Both the position numbers and the translations under genes were made by a program. From Euglena gracilis (Eukaryota): DNA of 64,000 nt. Location: contig CP154954.1 in assembly GCA_039621445.1 (NCBI GenBank), positions 7,079,425 to 7,143,424 on the forward strand, given 5' to 3'. The first letter of the stretch is position 1. Every line of letters starts with the position of its first letter. The notes beneath the pieces were generated by a model. That model did no database searches and had not been told where the DNA came from. It was given only the letters and a program-made list of their open reading frames with translations. This document shows, piece after piece, positions 1-13,670 of this stretch.

Positions 1-715
1 TCAGCGACGTCCCTCGGCAGCTTCTTTGGATGATGCTTGCTCTGTTGAATTCCAATTGCTCCTTTTATCAACAGATTTTCCCCCCAACTGCAGCGCACAG
101 CAACAGATATATTTCTGATGACGCACTCTACACTCCACTTTTTTACATTCTGGACAATTCAGCCTTCTTTGCAGAGCTCTTCAACTTTAGTTCTGCAAGT
201 TCTGCAAGATGTGTTGTTCGCTGTAATGCTGGGTCAAAAGGGCCATCACCCCACCTCCACGGGGGAGGGACAAGGTCCGGGTCAGGAATAAGAGGGAAGC
301 AGCACTTATTTACGGGAACCCGTGGAGAAGTTCACCTTTCAAGGCTTTTCATAAACTTGTTTTGAACATGTTTTTCGGAAAACTGTAAACGTCCCCCATT
401 GTGCAACCTTTTTCTCAGGCCTCCAATCATTCACAGGAACCCGTGATCTGCCAACAGGGCAATATTATTCCAGAATTATTCCAGAACACCCTGGGACTTA
501 CAAATTTCCCGGAGATTATTTCGGCACAAAAATGAAAGAAATCGACCCAAATGGGGCAGCTTTCTGAGTGGGCAGACAGGCTGGGTCGCGGCTCGCAAGC
601 ATTGTTCTCCTGTACTTCTCCTGGCAGTCAATCGCCGAATTTTTTTTAGAAGACTGATGGAAACATTTTTGGCCTTTTAATCGCGGTGTGTCGGTCCCTC
701 CGGCGCCCTGCCAGG

Positions 716-3700
716 GGCAGCTGGTGCTGCTGGGGCTCGTGGGGGACTTCCCATTCCGGGAATACCACGAGCACTTCAGCGGGGGCCGCATGATGCTCAT
801 CGGGCTGCTCTTTACATTGCCCAGGTCCACCGACAGCCGGATTTCCACAGCAACAGTCCACGGAAAGTTGGCTGCGTAGTGTGGCACGGAGGTGAGTTTC
901 TTGATATGCTCACCCTACGGGGGAGGTTGGTCTTCAAGGTTTTGCTGACAGGTCACGGGGGGATGGCTGTGCCGTTTGCGGAGTTGCACTCCACAGAGTG
1001 AATTCTGTTTCCACCCCCACCCCAAACAGGGTCCCCAAACAGGGTCTTATTGGGGGTGTCGCTTAAGCCTTATGGTACCCCATCCCCCGGGGGTTGGTCC
1101 AGCCAGCCAGCACCCTATTTCCCAGCCTCAGACCCCCTACCCCATCGACGTTTTATTTTTTCCCCAGCCGCTCAAAGGGCTGCCGGATGGTGATGGTTTT
1201 TTTTTTTGGCTTCCAAAGAGGTGCAAAATGGGCCAAAAAAGCAAAAATGGTCAGAAAAGAGCTGCACGGCAAATTTGGGTGTTTTCTTTCATAATTGACA
1301 GTTTTTTTTGGGGGAGGTAGCATTTCTGCTGTTTCGGTTGTTTTTTTGGTACTTGGTTTGACCCCCAGTCACGCTGACGTTCCAGCTGGAGAACCTGTGG
1401 GTCCATCAGCCTCTCGGCCCCGGTGCTGTGGCCCGAAGAGAGCCATACCTTTTTCCTCCGTCACGGTGGCGTTGGCTGTTCTTAGGGGGCGGTATCAAGC
1501 CAGGTGGGGGTTGGCACAGGTCCCCGGGTGAAGGAGGGGGGACTGCGCTACCTGCGTGAGGGTGGCGCGCACAGAGCATCTAGGTATCTCCTCCACCACT
1601 GTCAACCCGTAGGGCCCGACAGAGGGCCTAGCAAGGAAGATAGCAAAATCTATTTCGAAATTAGTGATGAATTTTTCAACCAGCTTGGGTCATGCTTTGC
1701 ATGCTTTTTGAACTGAGAGAGCTGAGTAACCCACCACCCGAATTTAAGACCCCCCTAAGCGCACTGGGTGGAAATTTTTCCTGGTGTTTCATTTCGTATC
1801 CAAATTTTAGGCGATAATATCGAGATATTTTGAATTTTTGAGACCAAAAAACCTACGAATCTTCACACCGATTTGCACTTTGATGGAATAAAGGATTTTA
1901 ACTGCTCTTGTGAAACCAAAAAAGCATCATGATTCTTTAGGTCAGTTTTAATCATGCAAAAACAAAATCACACCCGCCGAAGTTAGACCCCTGGACGTTT
2001 CCAGCAAATTTGGGCTTCTTTTAGGGGAGGGTATAGTGGCATGGAAAGGGGGTCACTTTTCTCAGCACTGCTGTATATGTGAAAATATGTGTACACATCC
2101 CCCTTTGGGCCTGCTGCCATACATTATTCTGGTTGTCATCCTGCTCCTCAACCTGCTCATCGCCATGATGGGCAACACGTACGCTGCGGTGCAAGAGCAG
2201 GCCGAGAAGCGGTGGTACCTCGAGCGGGCCAACCTCATGCCCAGGCGGCCTTTCCTGCCTCAAATCATACACGCACACGTGGACACACAACCGTGGAAAA
2301 AGGATGCTGTGTTAACATCTGAGGTTGGGGTGCAATAAAATTCATATTTTTTTGTTTGCCAGAAGAAGGCGAATTGTTCTCCCCAAGGTTGACCAATGGG
2401 TGCTGCTGGAGCACAGGGTTTAACAGGAATCTGGAAGCCATGGTGATGGCTTGTGGTGTACATTTATGCAGTTATGGGACGGGGAGGTCGGTGCCCCCCC
2501 CAAGAGGGAGGGGCGTCCGGGGGTGGGTTACCGTAGGAGGAGGTTCGAGCTCGAACGTTCGAGCTCGAACCTCCTCGAACGTTTTTGACCCTCCCCCTTC
2601 GAGGGGGGGGGGGGGGGGCTTAAAATCCTCCTCGAACGACATTCGAGGAGGATATCGATTCTCCTCGAACGACCTCGAACGACCTTCGTGGAGGATCTCG
2701 ATCCTCCTCGAACGACCTTAAACAAAATCTGGATCCTCCTCCTATGTATATGCATTCAGGTATCAGTTGCAAGTCTTTTTTTGGAGTTTGTTACCATGGT
2801 TCATTGTTCTTGATTCTGCTTGTTTGTTTGCTTTTTTCTTACGCAGGAATGCACTCATTCATAAATATTTTATTCAAAAAATATTCCCATACCGAGAGAA
2901 TTTCTGGGGTTATTAGAAGGAATAGGGGTAGGGTTAAGATTTCATCCCCGATGGTTGCAACCATCCCGCTCATCGTTGCTATATTTCCCTCTACAGGGTA
3001 CACAGCGAACCCAAAGAGTCGCCCAACTAGGGTTAAAAACATGGGGGGACCCGGGCGAGGCGCCGAAGGCGCCGAGCGAGGGTCCCCCCATGTGTACCCT
3101 GGGACCCTGGGACCCCCCCATGTGTACCCTGGGACCCTCGCTCAGCACCTTCGGCGCCTCGCTCGGGTCCCCCCATGTGTATTAACCCTAGTTTGGCGAC
3201 TCTTCGGGGTAGCTGGTACCCTGTAGGGGGAAATTTTCCACGCGTTTTAAAAGAAACATATTTTTTCTTATGCAGGAATGCCTTCATTCATATGCATTTT
3301 TGTTCAAAAATATTCCCATACCGAGAGAATTTCTGAGGTTATTAGAAGGAATAGGGGTAGGGTTAAGATTTCATCCCCAATGGTTGCAACCATCCCGCTC
3401 ATCGTTGCTATATTTCCCTCTACAGGGTACGCAGCGAACCCAAAGAGTCGCCCAACTAGTGTTAATGGGGGGGTAAAAGTAGGAGGAGGTTCGAGCTCGA
3501 ACGATCGAGTTCGAACCTCCTCGAACGTTTTTGAGCCCCCCCCCATTCGAGGGGGTGCTTAAAATCCTCCTCAAACGACCTCGAACGACCTTCGAGGAGG
3601 AGCTCGAACCACTTCGAACGACATTCGAGGAGGATCGAGATCCTCCTACTACTGTCCATCCCACTACCGTAACCCTCCCGGGCGTCCGGGACCATCCTGC

Positions 3701-4215
3701 TGCCCCCCTCACTGGATGCCCTGGGGCGGAACCGTCCTCTGCCCCGGGCGGCGTACGAGGCGGAGCACACGGTGGAGGCGATGCAGGAGCTGCGGAAGGC
3801 GTACGCCACGCCATTCGGCCAGCCCGACGCCGCCGTGACGCCGGACACCGAGTTCTGCCTGACCACCACCCTGCCGCAGGCCGTGGCTTTTCCCCCTCCG
3901 GTGAGTGGAAAGAAAGCCACCCTGCTCACATTCAGGGAAAAACGTAACACTGCCATATGACACGTACAACAGAACGCAATGCACACAAATGTTTTATTTG
4001 ATAGAATGGGCCCCGGAATGACTACTGACCATGGGTTTCTTGACGAATGCGAACACTGGCAAACACCTGCATGTTCACTGGGGGGTCAATGAGAGGAGAC
4101 GACGGGGTTTGGGTCGCCTGCCCCCGGGATGAGAGGTGGCCTGTCCCCGCGCTCCGAGGAATGGAAGACACCGCGGCGACCCTCTTTGTTCTCGTCTGAC
4201 CGCTTCAGCTGTTGA
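716..4215 (+). CDS. TRPV/OSM-9-like cation channel, paralogue 1 (3' part only: pore loop, S6, TRP helix, C-terminus; 5' exons lie upstream of the window)
   Basis: Exons 716-818, 2119-2238, 3747-3872 and 4149-4215 join in frame to (W)QLVLLGLVGDFPFREYHEHFSGGRMMLIGLLFTLYIILVVILLLNLLIAMMGNTYAAVQEQAEKRWYLERANLMAAYEAEHTVEAMQELRKAYATPFGQPDAAVTPDTEFCLTTTLRSEEWK... The LLNLLIAMMGNTY..EQAEK.W segment is typical of TRPV/OSM-9 S6 plus TRP box. Introns are non-GT-AG with paired ends. The stop at 4213-4215 is uncertain. Confidence 0.88.
819..2118 (+). other. Non-conventional (euglenid-type) intron
   Basis: TT|GCCCAGGTCCA...TGGGCCTGCTGCC|A; CAG at +4..+6 and CTG at -8..-6 in an 8-bp stem with one G-U. Removal restores LFTL-YIIL. 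Same position as 35698-36291 in paralogue 2. Confidence 0.9.
2536..2742. mobile_element. MITE-like element (TCGAAC/TTCGAG-rich family), copy 1
   Basis: Ends GGAGGAGG...CCTCCTCC, flanked by TA on both sides; related copy at 3482-3649. Confidence 0.65.
2843..3465. repeat. About 190-bp direct repeat (2843-3036 / 3272-3465) overlapping an about 250-bp foldback (2983-3234)
   Basis: AATATTCCCATACCGAGAGAATTTCTG...GAGTCGCCCAACTAG occurs twice. 2983-3110 is the near reverse complement of 3120-3234 and includes GGCGCCGAAGGCGCC. Confidence 0.85.
3482..3649. mobile_element. MITE-like element (TCGAAC family), copy 2
   Basis: Starts TA-GGAGGAGGTTCGAGCTCGAACG like 2534; internal TCGAAC/TTCGAG repeats. Confidence 0.6.
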
Positions 4216-5264
4216 ATAGGTAGCAAACAGTGGACGATGCCCAACAGTGAATGTGTCTGCAGTGAGTTTGCCGAAATGACTCTTTAAAGCTTTAGCCCAG
4301 GGGGAGCGTTGGGGCGAAGGGGTTCTCTACAGCCAGCTTTTTGACCCAGACCTGCAGGCAGGAAATCGTTGCGGGTTTATGCAGCAGCGCCGCAGCTTGG
4401 ACCACCAGTTCACATGGCACTTCTTAGGACATATCCGACAAACAATGTGGCTCGACGGGTAATTCAGCTTCAGATTTTCAGGACATTTGCGATTCGAGGT
4501 GCTGAATGTGTGGTATTTTTGAAGTGTTTTTATAAGGTTTGCCTTTGATAAGCGATATGATATTAGATAACAATTAATACTGGTTGTGAGCTAAACAATT
4601 TTCAGTTTTGAAAAAAAACTGCAGTTGCCCAGTTTTTCCATACCCAGCCAGGTGTGTCTGGCACAGGACATATGTTGCATCATCGGAACCTAGGGCTTCC
4701 ATATGTGTGTGGGGGAGAGCTCTGGCAGGAAAGTCGGAATTCTGACAGTTGTCTGGAGTCAAAATAGACACTCTTCATTTGCCACACCAGCCAATCAGGT
4801 TTTGCCACGACTTTTGGAAAGTGGGTTCCACCACAGTGTGGAACTGGGCACTCCTTTGGACTTGGTTTGTTCACATCAAATCATGAATGGCAAACCCCTG
4901 CAGATTTAGGTTCAGTTTGCCTCGCCCTCGGCCCAAGTGCTGAGCCACTGGCCCTAAGTCCATCCTGTCTCCCCCCATCCGATCACTTATCCTTACTTGG
5001 CTTCTGAGCCCCGATACCAACCGTTGCTGCACTGCCCGGGTGCATAGTGGCTGGGTCCGATCTCATTCACTCTGACACGCCTCCAGCTCCCCTTTGGGCG
5101 CCCCTGATAGCCCTCTACCAAAGCTGTGTAAATATCCACTGGCCCGAACGTAGCTTCTTCTTCTGACCACTCGGACATGCTTTTAATTGCCACCGATCTC
5201 TTACGTGATGCAAAGACACTGCACGCAATGCCTGCAGTGCCACACAGTGCATGGGGTTCCGAAG

Positions 5265-5391
5265 TATGTGTGCGTATATATACATACAATATACACATAT
5301 ATATTATACATATGTATATATATGTATATACATGTATTTACTTCGAAGTATATATATATATATACTTACACGTGTGTGTATGTATATATGC

Positions 5392-5468
<77 letters not shown>

Positions 5469-5530
5469 TATATATATAAATACATACATACACACACACA
5501 CACTTCGTGAGTATATATATAATATATCTA
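5265..5530. repeat. (TA)n/(CA)n compound microsatellite
   Basis: Directly visible dinucleotide runs. Confidence 0.95.
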
Positions 5531-7141
5531 CACTCAACCTGCTTATCCAAAATCTCCCTGGCAGTTATTTGCCAGAGGAAATTTTGGTGCACATTTTTGC
5601 ACGTAACAACACACTCCAGAGTGAGTGAGTGAGTGAGCGAGCGAGTGAGTGAGAGATGTGCAACACGTGCAAACACATGTTCAAAAATGTTATTTTTTAT
5701 CCCCTACAACACACTCAACTGTTCTCCGTTCTGTCCCATCACCATGCCGCAACCCCCCTGGCTTGCCAGATGATCAGAAATTTTGCACATTTACCCCATA
5801 ACCCAATATAGTGAGCGAGTATGTGGGACACGGGTCCCAACAATGTCCCAACACACACTGCCTTTTTTTTTTGTTGCCGAAATCCAAAATTGTCATTCGC
5901 ACCGCCGTTTTTTTTTGGCCTTTTTTTTTCAGCGTGGGGAGTTTTTTTTTTTTTATTTTACCCGGAGGTCTTTATGGGTCCAGGCGGGGGGGTGGGGCCC
6001 GATTTATCCCGCTTTTTAGGGAATATTATTATTGGACCGGCAGCGGCATCGGGGAGGGCTCCCGCTTAATTTTAGGAATCGGTCGGGCCGGATTCGTCCG
6101 GAAGTTCGGTCCCCCTTTTGGAAGATTTTTGAAAACGCCTTTTTGCTTAAAAATGCCCGAATTCGGCCTAAATTCGGCTTGAATTCGTCCGGAGCGCGGC
6201 CTAACTTCCCCCAAACTTCCTCAAAATGGGTGCCCTACAGCCCGCCGGCCACAACCCTAACCTTATCCCAATCCATAACCCCGACTTTCTCCTAAGGTTG
6301 GACCCGGGTCCCACCATACAACCCCCCCCCCCTACTCCCCACCACAGGACCCGTGGGTCCTACAGTGGGAGCTGCCTTTTATTCATACCTGAAGAGTAAC
6401 CCAAATCACCCCCCCCCCCCCGATTTTAGGTGCGGCGGGCCAGGCCAAAAATAGTTTCAGCAACACACCATCTTCAGGGGCACACCTCTTTTGACCAACG
6501 GGGGCAAGTACCGACCAACCGTACATATCAGGCAGTCATCAGGCAGACTGCTGTCCGTCACACCATAACTGCGGGGCAGCACCGTCTATTATCCCTTCTT
6601 TTTGCAGGTGCACATCCCCGACCTCCACGCTGCAGCCACCTTGCGAGCCAGTTGCATGGCCAACCAGGGCAGAGAAAATAGTTTGGTATGTTCTTTTTGG
6701 CTACATTTTCTTTTTGGTGCCATATGAGGCACATTGTGTAGGTTTTGTGGGTGGGTGGGTGTGGGTGTATTACCTGTGTGCCTGCTTGTCTGGGTGGCGT
6801 GTCTGTGTGCGGGCGTGGTGCGTGCGTGTGCGCGCGAGCACGCGCGCGTGTGTGCACACTTGTGTGTGTTTTCCTGTGTGCCGGAAAACACATTTTCTCA
6901 ACGGGGCGATTTTGCCCAAATCAGCGACCAACCCTGAGGGTCGACGCCAATGTTTTGGCACCGATGGCGGGGAACAAAGGACCATCCACCCACATAAATT
7001 CGCCGACAAATTCGCCCCAACAGCCTGGGAGGTCCAGTTGGCAGGCAATGTGCCTCCCACAGCCCGAGGGGGGGGGGTAGGCCAACGCGCTGTGCAGGGG
7101 GGGCGGTGCGTCCATCGCCCGGGGTCCGCCGATGTCCGCCG

Positions 7142-8924
<1,783 letters not shown>

Positions 8925-9011
8925 GAACGGCCTGGATTTTGCATTGGTTTGCCAGCAGTTGGGGCAGAGGGTGGGGTTGTCGTTGGGTTCCTAGATGTGG
9001 CTGGATGGCTC

Positions 9012-9045
<34 letters not shown>

Positions 9046-9189
9046 TCAATGCCCTCAAGTCATCCCTTTCAAAGAATTTCGGATTCCGGACACAACCAGA
9101 AGGCAGCATCCCCAAAACTTGCACTGAAGAAACAAATTCTGACAAATACCCCCGGGCTCAGAACAAAAACCTGCCAAAATGCCATTTAT

Positions 9190-9393
9190 GGCATTTTTTT
9201 TGAGCGTACTCTTGTCAAAATTGCCCAAAAATTTGACCAGTTTTTCTTGGGGTTCCCAGTTGTCGTCCGACGTTTTTTGGACCCGTTGTCATGGCAATTT
9301 TTTTGAGCGTAACCTTGTCAAAATCGCCCAAAAATTTGACCAGTTTTTCTTGGGGTTCCCAGTTGTCGTCCGACGTTTTTTGGACCCGTTGTC
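9190..9393. repeat. Tandem duplication of an about 100-bp unit
   Basis: GAGCGTA..CTTGTCAAAAT.GCCCAAAAATTTGACCAG...GGACCCGTTGTC occurs twice, head to tail. Confidence 0.9.
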
Positions 9394-10574
9394 TAACGCC
9401 CCCCCCCCCTCCCGTCGGAGGACACCCTTTTTTAGTAAAAACGAATTGTCCAGCGACCCCCCCCCCCGTGGGGGATAGGGTTACCGGACACTGGACATAG
9501 GAGGGGTACAATATATGTGCCGAAGAAATGTGTCTGTGCTTATGTGCCCGTGTCAGAAAAACTTTGAAATATGCCTTCAGATGGCCAGGTGTTGCCCCTC
9601 CAGTCCTGTGCCAGACTAGTGTATTCCTTTTGGAAACCCCCACCCTCAAAAAACCTTTGCCGCACAGCATCTTGTCTTCTTATGTGCATAAAATATTTTC
9701 AAGATGTTCATTATCGTTGTGGATGTTTTGTGCATGCATTTGATGGGCTTCCACACAACTGCGGCATCACCTGCATCCCCTCCCCCCGGCATTGACCCTC
9801 CCCTCTGTGTCATCAAACCGTATTTATGCAATTGACTCGGGGCAGAAATGCCAAGAAACCCCGTAATGCAGTTTCTATGGGTAGTTTTGCCGTAGAAAAA
9901 TCGTTCCGCGGCGTTTATTCCCACTGAAATGGAGTAGAATTTGAAGTGGACGCCCCCCCCTCCCCCAAGCTCGCACTTTTCAAACACCACCCTTTGTGTG
10001 TAACCCGATTCATCAACTCACTAGCTTGCCACACGTGCATAGGGTTTGCAGTTCTCACGCGGCCCCTGACCCTAGCCGCTGCATTCCCTTTCCAACATCC
10101 AGCCGATGATCTCATCCAAGACTGGGCCTGCCTGCCAGCTCGCCGTACAGTCTTTGGCGATGAGGGCATTAAAATTGCTGTGTGCAATGGTGGCAAAAAT
10201 TCTAAACCAGGGGCATTTGACGTTGTGATTGATCTCGCTTTGTTGTTTTATTGTAGGTTTTGTGCCTCTCCATCGGGAATTATTGCATTTTCCAAAAGAA
10301 GACTCCCAAAAATGAGAGATAGGACCCCCGCACAAAGAAGAATGAACACCCGATTTTCAGCAAAAAAAACACCAAAAAATTAAATTGTTGGACCTTTTTT
10401 TGGACCTTCCAGCGTGATATCTTTTCGGTGTGAAGTTTCGCTTACTAACCCAGAAAATGGCCCCAAGCTGGGTGGACAAATCAAGGTGGACAACAATCAC
10501 AGTAATAATAATGATTTTTTTTTGAAAATGTGTTTCATTGATTATTTTCTTGAATTTTTTTTTTGGAAACTAAG

Positions 10575-10616
<42 letters not shown>

Positions 10617-13287
10617 ATTATTTTGAGTTTCACTAATTTTTCTTGGTAAAATTGGTATTCAACCGATTCTTGGCACCTTTTGTACCATGTGTCAGGCTGT
10701 TTCAACCCCGCTTTTCTTTGAGAAAACTGAACAAATTCAGATTATCATGTCTCAAATGGTTATACAGGTTTTTTTTGTTTTCGAGTAATTTTAAACTGCT
10801 TTCCGTCTGTTTTTGGTCGTTTTGGGTCCAGGCTTCATAGAAAAGGGTGTTGGAAACAAGTAAAGGTCAAACATTATGGCAAAACATTTTGGTGCATTTT
10901 GGGTTTTTTACCAATACTTACTTTTTTCTGCTGTTTTTTCCACCCTGTGAATATCCCCCGCATAAGACCTCCAAAATTTTCACCTTCTGCAATCAAATCA
11001 AAAAAGAAGACCTGGTTTTTCATTTTGTTGCTTTGGATGTTGCCTCTGCCCCCCCGGGGTGGGGTGCGTTTTGGCCAGGCAGGAAATTGTTTCAGCATTT
11101 TCGACCGATTTTGACTGGATTTTGAGTGGGTGGGTGGGTGGGTGGGTGGGTGGGTTACCCCCAGGGGGTCTGTGGGTGGGTGTTTTTTTTTTCGAGAAAA
11201 AAGCGGGACAGCTTCTCAGGGATTCCATCCATTGGATATTAGGCGAGAAGTCCTGCCTCTTTGTACTCCCAGCCTCTCTTTGAACTCCCAGAATCCTCCC
11301 CTTTTGAAGGTTGAAGGGTGAAGGTTTTTATTTATTTATCTTTTTACTGGTGTTGGCTTGCTCGTTGGATTCCCAATCCTTCCTCTTGACATTCGATGGG
11401 GGGATGTTTGAACTGCTAAGACTCAGGCCAAGGAACCGCCCATCTGTCCCACCCACCTCGCCCCTTAGAAAAGATGTTGCAACTCAAACGTCGCTGCCAG
11501 CCCCACCCCAAGTGCTCCTACTCCAGTTTGTTTGTTTTTATTTTTTATTTTTAAATGCCCATTGCTTGATATGTTCCCTGACGGGGTTGAAATGAAACAT
11601 ATTTCTTGAGTTGAAAAACATTGTTTATGTGCTTTTTTATCACGAATGCACGCCTGCAAAAATGTGTATTTCCCTTTATTTTTTGTGTCTTTTGGATTTC
11701 TGTGTCAGCCCTTCAACCTACGACACCTTCCAGCAGCCTGAGAAGTCAGTACCCCATAGCAAATAACCGCGCCATCCCCCAAATACTCTCTCCGCAGGCC
11801 CGTGATGGACGACGGAATGGAAACTGTGTTTTATTTTGCCCATCAGTCTTTCTCGTGCACGCCTGCCCACCTGGCGTTACACTAACACACGTCTGGCTGG
11901 GGGGGATAGCATTTGGGCCTCTCTGACCTGCACCCCCAGGATGAAACCCTGTCTTGTGTTTTCATAGAGACCTGACTTCTCCTGCTGTTGCCCAGAAAGA
12001 GTTTCCCAGGCTGGGAAGAAGGAGGTCTTTGCTTTTTTTTTGTTGTCTGACCATCATCCATTTGGCGGTGTGGAGATGCCATCACTGTCAGCAGCGGAAG
12101 CGTCGGGGTTGGGTACCATCCCTTTCTCAATGGTGTGGGGCTGCCGCCCTCCCCGGTGGTCGTACACGCCACCGGTACGGTCTGTGGACCCAGCAGATAC
12201 GATGGAAGCGCCACCTGCCGGGAGCTGTGCTTGCCCCCCCCCCTGTCTCCCCTGTCTCATGTGTGTGTGCCGGGTATATGCTTTGGCTGAAATTAAAACG
12301 TGATGTGATGTATTTTTTTTGGCAAGAAACAGATGGAGAGCATTCTATTCGGATTCTGATCACCACCATCTCCTATCATGGGAGTTTCTCTGTCTAATGC
12401 TTTTCTGCGAAAGGCGATGTTTGTGGAGATTTTCATTTCTCATTGACCCTGACCCCGCTGAACAACTCTCTCCTGCCTCCATCCTCCACGATCGGTTCTC
12501 TTGGAACCTTTGTCCTTCCTTTTAGTCAATGTCTCCAAACAAGTATGGCAGCCATCCACCAACGACCACCCTGTGGTCCCCACAGGGGACCTACTAAACC
12601 AAGCCGATGTCGTCACAGAGAACAGGCTGCTGTGCATTTCTGGGAAACTGCAGAGGTGGTGCAATATGGGGGGGAGAACGAGGAGCGTCTGTGAGAGAAG
12701 CAGAGGGAGAGAGTATGTGCGCGAGTTATATGTGTGCACCTCCAATGTGTGTGTGTGTGTGTGTGTGTGTTTGTGTGTGCGTGTGTGTGTTTGTGTGTGT
12801 GTGCGCGCGTAAGTGTCTGTGTGCATGCGCATGTGTGTGTGTTCGTGAGTGGTTGTGCCTGCGTGCGTGTGACCGTCCGTGCATGTGCACGCGTGTTTGG
12901 TTTTCTCCGTCTGTGGGCATATCTTTATTTCCGGATGTGTGCATGCGCGCGTGTGGTACTGGACGGCTGACCAAACTGTCAAAGCATGCCAAAAGGCCAA
13001 AAGAGTCAAAAGCAATAAAAAGTGGTCAAAAGCACCAGGAGTCTTTTCTACGCTTCTGACAGGGGGAGGTTGTTATTCGTATGGAGGTCCGGGGGGTCGG
13101 TCGCTCTGGATGCTTATGGGTGCTTGCCTGTTGCAAACCTTTGCATCCCATTGTTTCCAACGTGGGAGGACACCTCGGTGGGTCTGACTGAGTCTGAACC
13201 CGACAACCCGACAAGGATAGATATTGGTCGTAGAGAGGGGGTGTGCTTTCTTTTGAAGTCGAGCGGCATTTTTCACTCGTACATGGG

Positions 13288-13499
13288 ACTTCAAATATTG
13301 ACAGATGACACATACCGCGCCATTCTCAACGAAAGAGCTGGGGAATGGGGACATTTTGTGATTGGGATCCCTGACTCATTTGTGGTGTTTTCGTGAAAAC
13401 ACCACAAATGAGTCAGGGATCCCAATCACAAAATGTCCCCATTCCCCAGCTCTTTCGTTGAGAATGGCGCGGTATGTGTCATCTGTCAATATTTGAAGT
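13288..13499. repeat. Perfect inverted repeat: 105-bp arms, 2-nt spacer
   Basis: ACTTCAAATATTGACAG...GGTGTTTTC-GT-GAAAACACC...CTGTCAATATTTGAAGT; no mismatch seen between the arms. Confidence 0.97.
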
Positions 13500-13670
13500 G
13501 GTGTTTCCAAATAAACCACCATTACCTCGCCTGAGAGCCGGTACTGGCCAATTTTCCGGGGGGACAACCACCCAACCTCCGAAATCTGGCGACCTCCCTC
13601 ACACAGGACGGGATGCATCGAGCCCAGAAAAAGGGGCCTGGCTGGGCCCAACCTGGACCTGGCGGAGGCG

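Noticed and set aside
9915-10383. ORFs at 9.9-10.4 kb as a gene
   Set aside because: They lack the GC3-rich codon bias of the real exons and show no family motif or convincing intron boundaries.
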